A DNA stretch of 64,000 nucleotides from Chrysomallon squamiferum. Lineage: Eukaryota; Animalia; Mollusca. This document shows, in pieces, positions 27,894-40,635 of the stretch; the stretch's first letter is position 1; each line of letters begins with the position of its first letter. The position numbers were made by a program, and so were the translations under genes. The notes beneath the pieces are model-generated. The model saw only the letters and a program-made list of their open reading frames with translations, did no database searches and was not told the DNA's origin. Where the stretch lies: assembly GCA_012295275.1 (NCBI GenBank), contig CM022673.1, positions 20,584,001 through 20,648,000 of the forward strand. The letters run 5' to 3'.

Positions 27894-30800
27894 AAACAGA
27901 AGAATTTATTGTAGGTTTCACTAGCTTTTCAAAAAAAAAAAAAAAGAAAAAAAAACAAACAAGAAATTTATAAATAGTATAAAGGACAACTTAATTCATC
28001 TTAATGGTATATTTAAATACTGAATTATAATGTAAAGTAATTTATTTTTCCTATTTAAAAATAGAAAAGACCATTTCAAACCTTTTCTCAATATAGTGTT
28101 AATTATGGCAATAAAATTTAAATAAAGAAGTTAGTAAAATGGTTTTTATAAAATAATAAATAGAGAAGCAATAGAATTTTTTTTTTTTTTTTTTTTTTTG
28201 TCTTAATGAAAAAAAAAAAAAAAAAAGAATAAAAAAAATGAAAAAAGATGAAGTTATTCAGCAGTTACATGACATCCACTGGATTTCTCTCTGCACCTCA
28301 AGTTTTTGTTTTCTTTATTTTCTTTTTTCCATTTTTTTCAATTTTTTTTTTTTTTTTTTTTCAATCTAAAAAGAAAGCTAGGCATGCCTATTTCTGATGA
28401 TGTATTGGAATTGCAGCTCTGTTTAGGATTATCAGTCCTTTTGGTCTGTACAAAGTCTTGTTTAAATTTACTAAACTGGTGTAGAAGAATGTGGCTGGCA
28501 AATAAAAGATTGTGATTCATGCCCTGACTGGTGGAAAATACAAAAAGAACAAAGTTACTTCCTGCATCTCAAGCCTGAAACCCTGCATTTCTGCCATTTA
28601 TTACTTGTCACATGATTGCTTTGTTTGCAAATTATTTCTATCATGAGACTTGCTTATGTCTTTTCAAAGAACATTTTGCTATAAATATTAAGGCTACTAA
28701 ATGGGGGGAAACTAAAGACAAAATATATTAAGTATAAGATTTGATTTTGGTGTTTCTGTTTCTTCTGTTGGGTTTTAAAAATTTCTTTTTAATAAAATAT
28801 TAGTTAATTTTAATCAGTTAACTAAACTTCAACTGGCTATCAATTACAGATTTATTTTTAAATAAAATATAAACAAATACCTATGGCTGTCTTTTTAAAA
28901 GTGTGATTCATGTTTGTGTTATGATTTTAAACCAGTTGTTAAATTTATTTTAAAAACAAAGATTTCTTATTTTAAGAAGCTTTAATAATTAAAAAAAAAA
29001 ACCATTAACTGCATTAATTTAATTTTGATACCCATTAAGACATATGAATTCTTATAATTAGATATTCTCTGGTAATACAATGGACTTTAATGGAAAATAT
29101 GCCAAAAGATATGGTTCTTAATGTATATATTAAACTTTAATTTACAAAATATTCTTAATCTGTTACAAATCTGTCAGAAAAGGGTTTTAAAGTTTTGCAG
29201 GGTTTTAAAAAAAGTACAAAAACTGAAAACATGAGCAAGTCTCATCTAACCCTGTTGCAAAAAACACAATGATGCAATTAGACTTACCTCCTCCTGTTCC
29301 TGGCGTTCTCGTTCTAATCTTTCCTCTTCCATTCTGGCTTCTTCTTCCTAAATACGAACAGATATATTAAATTTAACATCAAAACTTTACAGCTTTTGCT
29401 TACAAAACATCCCAACGTCTAATCTTAACTGACAAAGGAAATATCTCAGCAAATTAATCAATGAATGATTCTCTACAATACTTCGAAATATCCTGTCTTC
29501 TGCACTGATTGTTCTGAACAGTTCTGCTTTCAACACAGAGCTGTTTATTGTTTCAGCAGGAATGTTATTGTTAAAATGTGAATTCATAAAGAATATTTTA
29601 AAAATAATCCTCAAAATTTGTTGGTGTAAATTCCAAGTCTGAAAACTTAATGCTTTATTAATCAGCGCAGTAATATGTCATCTTGAACTAGATTTCTGTT
29701 CCTGTCATCATCATATTTACAGAATCCATTACATAAGATCAATATCTGAAAAATATCATTTCTAGATTTGAATTTTCAGTTTGCATAAAGTAAAACTGTG
29801 AAAATATAGCTATCTGATTTGTCAAAGCTGTGGAGGTCAGATGCAGATCTGACTAAAATTCTAATTATGTAATGTAACATGCTTATGATAAAATTCACTG
29901 AATAACTAAATATGTTAATCCTTCAATGTTTAAGATTGATTAAAAAAAATATATACATATATAAAGTTTAGACCCCCAGAGTTTGATAAGCATGTTCTTG
30001 CACTAATTCTTTGGAATATGTTTCATCAATAAAAAGAAAAATCTGGAAATATAGTAATTTCATAAACATTATTTTTTTAATTATAAATTTTTCACTTACC
30101 TGTTGTAAAGATGATTTTGGAATATGCTGACTGATATATCATGCAAATTTATTATTTAACTTTTTTTTTTTAAGGTTGATTTTGCACTGGCATGCATTAA
30201 TATTTACTGAAATGTATTAACATGCATCAATATGTGTTAATATTTACTGAAACTATTAATATTCAACAGTTTGTATTAATAGTTACTGACATGTATTAAT
30301 ATTTACTGAAATATATTACATGCATCAATATGTGTTAATATTTACTGAAACTATTAATATTCAACAGTTTGTATTAACAGTTACTGACATGTATTAATAT
30401 TTACTGACATATATTAACATGCATCAACAAGTATTAACATGCAAATCTTGAGAAAGACTGTTTATAAAACATTTGGTATATTTTTCACATGACCAGCTAA
30501 ACTAAAGTTAAAAACAAAATGTAACTGCTTCAGTCTTTACTGATACTGCACATTCTAAATAAATTAGTGTTTTTTAAAAATAACTCTGTAAATTTTATTA
30601 TCTTTAAAATGTAAATGAGAATGATAAGAAAATGAGAAATGTGCATTATGGCAAAAATACTAAATGGTATGAAAAACAGTATGTTCCAGAATAATAATAA
30701 TAAAAAGCCCAACAAACACTATTCACCATAAATAAATGGATGATATCAAAAATCTTTTTGAAAATAAATCACCATTAGCAGAATAATTTTAAAATGTGGC

Positions 30801-33800
30801 CAATTTAAATAAAAGTTATATATTTTTCAATTACATTATAATAATAATAATAAAAAATTATAATTAAAACAGTAAAAGCAAGATACAAACAATTCATGCA
30901 TTTATACCTATTTACATGTTTTTCAATGTCCTGAAATAAAAGAGTAGATATTTATGTTAAAAACTAATGATCTATTAAATATTTCTTCTGATATCTTGAA
31001 TATATTAAATGCATTTAACATTTATAAAAAGATCCCCAAAACCCACCAGGTATCCAATTGTAAAATAACTTTAAAGTAAAGCAGATACATTCAGAGGAAG
31101 ACTTACATTATCTGCGGTCAAACTTAAAGCAGCTGATGATGACAAACTTTGTGTGGATTTACTTAGTGTGGGTTGAGACCAAACAAGACCTTTGTCAATT
31201 TCCTCTTGAGTAGCATTCACTGCAAGTGAATTTATGTTAAGCACGTTGTCACAGTTGTTGCTTTTTACAACACAACACGATGAAGTCTTTAAGCATTGCA
31301 TTTCAGGACACTGATTATTGTTACTGTTTGTTTTGAAATTATAAAACGATGATGATCTTAATGCCGGTTTGCTACTCGTTTCAGAAATTGATGACTTTTC
31401 CTGAGTCGTGTTATCAGGAATAGATAATTCTAAGTTTTTACTTGTAACGAAACTCTCTGTTGCCAGTTTAAGCTTTCTGTTAAAGTTTGTGTTTCTGGTT
31501 TCAGCCATCTCAACACTTCTTCTGCCTGTTCCTACATCATTCTTAGAGTTTAATCTATTCTCAGCAGAGCCTTCACAGTGTCCTGATAAATGACTTTTGC
31601 TCACTGGTTCTTTTAAAAGTTTCTTTTGTAAACGAGGAATTTTACTTTGATTTGTTGTGTTTCTTAATTCAGAAGAAACATCATCTGATTCAAGTCTTCC
31701 AGAAATGTTTGTAAAGTATGTTGCTGAAGAAAACAAATGATTCTGCTTCTCTTGTGTGACTCTGTGGTTTAAAAAATCTTCATTTTGCAGTGGTTTTGTA
31801 TATTCTTGACAGTGCGACAACAAATGTTTGTGACTGTTCAGTGTTGAAGAATCACTTACTGAGGAAATGTTATCTGTATTTTTTAATTTTCCAATAATAC
31901 CCTTCACAAAAGAACCATGAGAAGGTATACATTTTTCTTGTTTTCTGTCATCTTCCTTGAACACTTCTGATTGGTGGTTTACTGTATCAAGCAAAACTTC
32001 ACATTTTGGAATTTGTAAATCCTTGTGTGTTTTTGAAGTTGTGGTAGATGGATTAGTCATGGCTGAATGATTCTCAGAATTAACATCTCTTTTGAATTTT
32101 GATATAATCTTTGGGATGAGTTTGCTAGAGTAAGCAGCACTTAGATTACTTTTTGAAGCTGGTTCACAAGATTCATTAAGTGGACTCTCAGTAGACTGCA
32201 TCCTAGGTGAGAAAAGTGAACTGTTTGATTTGAAGGATTCGGACATGAAAGGACTTGATGAAAAACTTTCACGCCTTGACTGACTCTCTTCAGAGAACTT
32301 TTTCTGTAGTTCTGAAATATCCAAACCTGATGATAATCTTCTAATCTGCATCCTCCTCTCAGTTTTAATACTTTCCAGTCTGGATGCCTCATTTTCCATT
32401 AAATCTTTAGTCAGCTGTTCAAATTTCTCCAACAAACTAGCAGTATAAGCATTCTTACTGGACATATTTTGAGAAGCAGAATCACTCTGAACTTGCAGTT
32501 TCTCAGATGTTAAAACACTGCTTAATTTTGGACATGATTTGGAATGTGTTAAGCTGCTTTCTGGTAATGGAGATGAAAGACATTTATTTTCATGCAAATA
32601 ATTTTGAGATACTTTGTTTTTTATTGGTTTCAAACAGTTTTTTTCGTTCCCTAATTCTAGATTGTAATCTGACTCTGATTGTATCTGCTTATCAGTGGAT
32701 GTCCTGGGTACTTCTTCTACAATATCAGCAACACTTTTAAGGTCATTATCATTAAATTTTTGCTTCTGCAATTCCAAAGGCTCAGTTATTTGTTTCCGAC
32801 TCAAAGAAGGATCTGATGATTTTCGACTATTAAATTTGACTGGTTTATTTTTCTGCGGGTTGCCATCATTTTGCAGATTACTGAAAAATCTGGATTTAAA
32901 ATCTGAAACTCTAGAACCAGAAAGTGATCTTCGTACTGGTTTTGTTTTAGCTGCAATTTGTTCAGCAGTTTCTGTAACCTCTTTTGACATAGATTCAAAT
33001 CTTTCTAATAAAGCAGTGTACTTTGACTGGGACTTGAAATTGTTTTCATCAACTTTTGGTTTATCTAATTCTAAGTGTAAACCTTGTTTGGTTTCAGTGA
33101 TTTGAAAGTTATTAATTTTAGGGTTATTTTCAACAATATATGTTGTGTTTACTTGATCTGTTTTGTCCTGTGAAACGTTCTTTCTAGTTAAATTACTATA
33201 ACTCAGCCTATGACTTAGTTTCTGTTCAATGTCTGCTTTAGATTTTACTGGTTGAAGCATTTTCACTTCATCTTTATGATTTAAATTCTTCCATAAAGAT
33301 TTGTTATTTCTGTTGAAACTGTCTTCTTTGAGCTGGCTGAAGTGTTTTCCACTGTCACCTGTTTCAACAGACACTGAGGCCAGATTATTTTCAATGGTGT
33401 CTTTACTTTTCTCACTTGTTGCTACATCTGCGTTAAAATTCTCAAATGTTTCAAAAACAGGGGTTATTTCTTCATGTTTGCTTGAAATGTTTGTTTGCAG
33501 TGCAAAATCATTTTTATACTTTTGCTTTAAGACATTATCTTGTTTCACTGTTAAAGACACATTTCCAGAAATCATGCTTAAATGTTTATCTGCTAAGGAC
33601 ACATTACAAGAAATCAAATGTTGGTCTTTTAAAGATATATTACCAGAAATCATGACACTTTCATAATCATCTTTTGTAAATTTTTCTTCTTTTGCCTCTT
33701 TGCTTGGAAATGATTTGTTAGAAAGTGATTTAATATTTTCTATCCTTTGCAACAAACTTGAATTTCCAACAATTGGCTGACTGCTAACAACTGGATGATC

Positions 33801-36800
33801 CTTTGTAATCTGATATATCTTGGAATCACTGACTTGCTTATCAGATTCAAAACTGCTGGTTTTCTGATGTGTCCATTTTTCAAATGGATCATCATCATCT
33901 AGACAATATTTCTCCCGAACTGTCAGTACCTTTTTATCAGTTCTTCTTTTAGGTTTCATTTCAGGTGAAACCGATCTCTTGCCTGCCACTTGGACTGCTT
34001 TCCCCACCTGCTGGACCTGGTCATTTAAAGTGCCCAGGAGCTGGTTTGAGTTGTGCCTTGCCCTGATAACTCCTACAAGTTCCTTCTGTCTTTGTTCACG
34101 CAAAAATTTCTCCTTTCTCACATGACTGAGAGTAGATGCATAATCATTGTTAGACTTTGGATCTCTTAATTCATCATCCATGCATATTGTGTTACCTCCT
34201 GATATATTTTCCATATTTTTAGTTGATGGAATAAACATTGACCTAGTTCTTAATAACCTGCGACTGCTACGTTCTGATGCAAAGTGTTGTGGTCTTCCCT
34301 AAACAAATATCAACACTATTGTTAAATCATTGTACAAAAATATTAGCAAGCAAAAATACAGAGAAAATAACTTTCTAGAAAAACAATTAACATATAAAAA
34401 TTGTTATGTCAATAAGAATTTTAAAATTAAAAAAAAAAAAGAATGAAACCTATTAGATAATACATAAAAATAAAATTTAATCTGTTAATTGCCTTATTAA
34501 ATATGAACAACAACTACACTCACACTATCTTCATGACTACTAATTCTTCTTTTCTCCAGAGAAACAAGACTGGATGGAGTCCAGTCAGTTTGTGTTACAT
34601 CAAGTTCTGGAACACTTCTACTGAAATGTTTCATAGTGGATAGTTCTGAAGGTAACAGTGAAGAGCTCTGATATGAAGAGATGGTCATTGATTTTTCTGA
34701 GCTCAAAGACAATGCTCTTGCTTTGTCTGAATAATGTGATGATCTGTTCAGACAGTCATTGTTCAGTGGAGACTGCCAAGGTTTAGCTGTTCTGTTTAAA
34801 ATCTGAATATAATGCTCTGAGGAATGGTCCTGAAGTCTGTCTAGTCTGCAGTCACTTCTGTAATAAGAAATATGATTGCACAAAGCTGGTGAGCTCTGTG
34901 TTTTCAAAAATGTATGACTTCTTTGACTTGCTCTGCTTCTGGAACTTTCTGTGTTAATACCAGATTCAGAAATGAAACTAGAATTAGGAGAAAAATCAGA
35001 AGAAGCAAGGACAGAATTTTCTGAGCTGTCCAAGCTGAATTTATGTTTCAAGTATGTGCTTATCTTTGGCACTGATGAATGCCTCTTTCTCTCAGTTTGC
35101 CATTGGTTTTGGTTTGAAATGGTGTCTGTGACATGACTGCTAAAGACTTCACTGTTACTGTTTTCATTTGAAGCTGGAAGAGAGCCACGATGTATTCTTA
35201 GCCAGAGTGGTAGATGTGATGGTTTCTGACTATCTGGTGATTCTGTTTTCTCAAGCCTATAACCAGGAGAAGAAAAAGATCTTCTTTGTTTTAGTGACTC
35301 CAGCTCAGTCTGTTGATGTTTCTTAAATTGTTTATCCCATAATTCACATTTTTCCAATTCATCAAAAGGAGGAAGGACCTTTCGACCAATCATCATGACT
35401 GATTTTTTAATTTCTTTTATTTCTTCTCTAGCATTGATATCCATTTTATTTTCAGCATGTCTTTCTGATAAAGCAGTAGAAGCAGAAGCTGATGTTTCAG
35501 TTCCTGTTATTGGAATGTAACCCAAAGAATCCAAATTTCCATATTTGTCTATATTTGACAAAGATGATGAAAAGGTTCTTGATATTAAATCAGTTATAGG
35601 ATTTTGAAATGGAACAGCATAAGCTTTGGTCATTAAATAGTTTGAAGTGTTCACCCTGTTTGGTTTTACTGGGACATTTTCCACCATTTTCTCTAAATAA
35701 GCTCCAGCAGAAGCTTTCAGAACAGTCTGGGCTTCATTATTGTATTTGTCTGCTGAACTTGGTCCTTTCTCTTCAACAAGTTGAGTTTTGTTATTAGGAA
35801 ATGAACATGGTTCATAAGCAGATGTCTGTTTTGAAGACAGATTACTCACACTGGACACTGAGGTCATGTACCTTGGAGATGACACAAACACTGAACTTTC
35901 TACTGGTTCTTGCATCTCTATTGTCTGCACTGAGAAACCTTTCCTTCTTGACTGGGTACCCAATGTAACAACTGCATTAGTATTTACTTGTTTTACATCA
36001 TCTGTTTTTCTTTGGATATAGGAATTATGTTCTATATGTTCACTGTTCTCTAATGTTGAATACGTATTTTTGTTTTCTTCAGAATTAAATATACAAGATG
36101 AATCTTCACTTGTAACATTTTCACCATCTCTGTCATTTTTTAACATCTTGCTACTTACTTCTGTTTCAGGATAATAAAACTGATTACACAATCTGCCACA
36201 GTCTGGAGATAAAATGTTACTTCTGACACTAACCACAGAAGTTTCCTCATCTCTCTGCTTAATTCCCACACTTGAGATATTCACTTCATTCATTACACAT
36301 CCAGAATCATTATTTTCTGTCTGTAGTTTTTCTGCTAGTTCACCATTTTTGTCTAAGGTGTCTTGTTTCTGCTGTTCTTCAATAGCTGCAAAATTTTTGA
36401 CACTGTCTGTGTCACTCACTTCATCCTCAATCTCTGTATTTTCATTTGTATCACATGTTCTTACTGAAACTGACAGAATTTCACTTCCAATGATGGATTC
36501 CAGGCTGGTTGCTGAGCCTTCACATTGTTGTGTTCTGCTGATCACTTCCAGAAGTGCATCATCATCCTCATCATCACCATCAGCAACAGATTCTTTTGTA
36601 TTCACAGAAAACTCTTCACTGTAACAAAAACTGCCATTGTTGTTGACCTCAAAGTTGCTTCCTACCTCTTCACTTTCAGTTGCTTCATTGATTGTTTCAA
36701 AATGATCTGCACAGTCCTGCCAAGGAATCTGTTCCCCAGAATAGCCACAGCATTCACACACTGATTTATTCTTAACATCATTTACCACATCATCAAACTG

Positions 36801-39800
36801 TCCTGGAGGATCAATGCAGTCAGCCTCTTCAGAACAGTCCTCATTGTTTGTAGCTGTACCGGCTGGGTTTTCTATCCAGATTGGAGTCACTTCAGCTACA
36901 GTTGAAGGTGAATCCAGAAAATCAATCTCAACATCCAGATAAACTCCATACTTCACAGAATAATCTTCATCATTCTTATGACCAGCAGGAGAAACATCTA
37001 GACATGTGTTATCAGAAAAGTCGGTTTCTTTCTTAAATATATTAAGTCCATCTTCTTCTTTTGCTGATGACAAGGAATTTGTGGTGTCTGAAGTATCAAA
37101 GTCATGACTGAGAAGGTGCTGCTGATGTTGCTTACTAACTGGAGGACAATCTAAACTGAAACAATCCATGTTAGGAAGACCAGCACATCTGTCACAGGCA
37201 TCAATTGTCTCAATACTTGAAGCTGTTTCAGAAGCATCATAATTAGCCACAAACAAACATGCTTCACTTTTCCAGCTGGACAGAGTTCCAACTTCTTGGT
37301 CATTAAAGTCTGAACCATCAAAGCTGTGACTTGAAGTCTTTAAACTATTTCCACCACTACAGTTAGATTCACACTGTTCCTCACAGGTTTGTAAAATCTT
37401 GTTCTTTATTTCAGCTTCATTTGCAAATAAAACAGAGCCATAATTTTGACACAGAATCTTTTCAATGCTCTGCAAATTTTGGTTATTTATTTTTGCATCA
37501 TTTTCTGACAAAACAGAGTTACTGTTTACCCCTTCATCTACAAATAAGACAGACTGAGGTAAATGAGATTCATCATTTTGCCTAGGAACCTGCTGCCCAG
37601 ATTCCCCTGTTTTACAATCTGATTCAGTTGAACAATCATTCAAATGACAGTCAGCATCCAGACTGTTGTAAAATGCTAGAGCAGCTTCATTGCTTTCAAC
37701 TTTTTTTCTTTTAATTTTGAAATAATATGATTTACTATCACCAGCCTTGTCATTTCCATACATAACATTATGCCATATTTCATCTGCTTCCTACAAATTG
37801 CATATCATGCAAATAAAAAAGGCAAAAAGGTATGTTAGTAATCCATGCAACAATTTTATAAAATAAAACCTATACAACAAACATGATAATTTAATTTCTT
37901 TAAATTTTAATATTATTATTATTATTATTGTTATTATTATTTTTTATTTTTTATTTTTTTTAAAGATATCTGATCATGGCAAGCAGAAAGCTGTAAATGT
38001 AAGCAATTGTTTTCATTTTAACTAATAATTAAAAAATAATTTATATTTGTTTTATACATATTCTCAAAAAATTTAAATGAAACATTTACTACTAATCCAC
38101 CAGAAGTGCCAAAATTCCACAATGACAGATATGAAAGTATACTTTGAAAATACTATACACTTGCTTCTTTATATCATGCATATTATAAATGTTCATGCAT
38201 ACAAGAACACTCTCCATGCATCCTTACCTTTCTGTTCTTTACAGAGAATCTGCTTTAAACTTATACTTTAAAAGCTTTTTTTAAAATGTACACACATTTT
38301 ATATACTTGTACTTTATCACTTACCTGGAAGATATGTAGTCTAGCCCATAAAAAAAAAAAAAATACATACTATCATAATACTTTATATAAATGTGTTTGT
38401 GTCTACATCCCACTGCACCTAGATGTTTAATATATTATGTGAACACACAAAATGTTTTATATCAACCACGTTTTGCACAGCATTCATCTTGTATCAGTCA
38501 AGAAACTAATAAAACATCAGATTGTGAAATGTTTTCATTCTTTCATTGCTGGATGTTTCAAATTCATTTATTCACCATACTTATTTTACCTACCTTGCGT
38601 TTTCTTTCTTCTTCCTCTCTCTTTGCTCGTTCTTCTTCCTCTCTCCGTCTCTGCTCAGCCTCCTGTCGTTTTCTCTCCTTCTCCTCCTCTCTGCGACGTT
38701 CTTCTTCTTCTTCCTCTTGTTGCTGCCGGCGACGCTCGGCTGCTTCTGCTGCTGCTGCTTCCTGGGCTGCTGTGTCGTCTGTTGATGGTTCCTAGCAAGG
38801 GTCAAAGGTCAAAAATGATTATAAAATAACCTAGTGTATGTTTTCAGATGTTTTGTTTATTTTTAATTATATATATAAAACAGTTATACAAAAAAAAGTA
38901 ATGGTAATAATTAAATCATAATTTAAATAAAATATTACTTTATTATTCCCATATTTATAATGATTATAAATGCTAATATCAGACTAAATAATTTGAACAA
39001 ATAAAAAAAAAACACTGAAAATAAACTGAAACAAGTTTGTCTGAATAAGTGAATAAAATTTTACAAAAAAGTAAGTAAATAAACTGAAGGTAAAAGATCA
39101 ATTCAGAGATATTACTTGTTTTTAAATTCTTAACTCAATTCAATGTTACATACAGAAAATAAATATCTGAAAGAGAGAATTTGAAAGGTAAAGAATGAGA
39201 TAAAGAAAGAATAGCAAAATAAGTAAACATTTTAAAGTATAAAGACAAATGTACACACTTTATGGGAAAATAATAAATTAACACCATTAATTTTCATCCT
39301 TTACAACATAATTGATAATCTTTTCTAACAATATACTCAAAAATAAAATTTGTTAAAAATAAGAAAAATTATCCTCTGAAATCTTAAAGAACCAATGAAA
39401 CATGAATTACAAAAACTAATGATTGTTTCACTTCTGTAGTTTATGTTGTTTCTATCATTCCAATATATTCAATCAAGTTAAATTAAATAATAATTTAAAA
39501 AATATGTAAAAACAAATAATTTTCATTATTATATTACTAAATTATTTTTTCATTCAATTTTAATTCTGTTTTCTTAAATTTTATTTATTTTTTTTCTGTA
39601 AGTCTACTACTATGTACTATTGTCTACAAAACAGTCAGTGGATAAGGTTCAGGTAATAGCAGTAAAAGACTGGCATAAACAGGAAATACAAAATAATCAA
39701 ATGGCTGCAATGCTAACTGGTTTTAAAACTAGGACAGGTGTTGAAAAGGAAACTGATTAACTAACACAAATAAGGTGATCACAGGACTGTGTATTTAAAT

Positions 39801-40599
39801 ATTTAAATATTTATGCTACTCTCTAAACAGCAGTGCCAGGATGACAATACACACTTAGTCTAGATCTAGCACCCACAGAATACACCAACCAAACAAACCT
39901 CCTGTTTAGGTTCTTCCTTGGGTGTTTCATCCTGGTTAAATTAAATCAATTGTATTTGTTATAATTCTAAATAATTAAGTATTTGTTCAAGTTGTATTTT
40001 TATTACACTGAATAAATTATATTTGTTAAATAGAATAAAACATCAGAATAATGTAAAATTAAGAACATTGTATAACACATGCTTTAATATTCTCTAAAAT
40101 TAAAACATTAGCTAAATGAAACTAATATAATTAATGCATGCTTTGTTTTATTTTGTTTTTTAATTAAAAAATAAAATCATTAATTAAAAATAAAATAATA
40201 TTAATGATATAGAATTTTATTACATTGTAATGTAAATACTGAATTAAATTTTAAACATTTAATTTTTTTCTGAAAGTCAGTTCATGATGAAGGAAAATTG
40301 GAGTAATCTCCCTTTAAAAACATATAACATTTATCTCAGGGAAGACACAAAAGAGCATGACAGTACAAAATACAGTGCAACACAGAATTTATAGCTAAAC
40401 ATACATTTATGTTAATATAAATGTTTTAATTATAAACTGAATTTCAAAAGAAAGTAAACTATATAAACTGCTTGTTTTCAAAAAGTAAAATAATAATTTT
40501 GTATCTGTAATATTATAGTCAGAACCAAATTTAGAAATTTGTATCTTAAATTATTTGTATATCTTTAATAATTGTATTCATATTGTCTTCCTTATTACA

Positions 40600-40635
<36 letters not shown>

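Noticed and set aside
29387-29638. 75-aa minus-strand ORF just upstream of the 60-nt exon
   Set aside because: An in-frame acceptor exists near 29639, but there is no phase-0 consensus donor before the stop and the composition is intron-like.
31071-37763. The two >1,000-aa ORFs as independent intronless genes or transposon ORFs
   Set aside because: No RT, transposase, integrase or gag motifs and no terminal repeats. Each frame extends upstream of its first Met to an AG acceptor and has a consensus donor just before its stop, all phase-compatible with TnI.
38228-38340. Candidate 22-nt (38228-38249) and 16-nt (38325-38340) exons with good donors
   Set aside because: Neither preserves frame alone or together, and their acceptors are weak. 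The 38325 site is kept only as a possible ratchet point.
31408-38829. Plus-strand ORFs overlapping the giant exons and the E/R-rich exon
   Set aside because: Antisense shadows of biased minus-strand coding sequence, with no independent splice or homology support.
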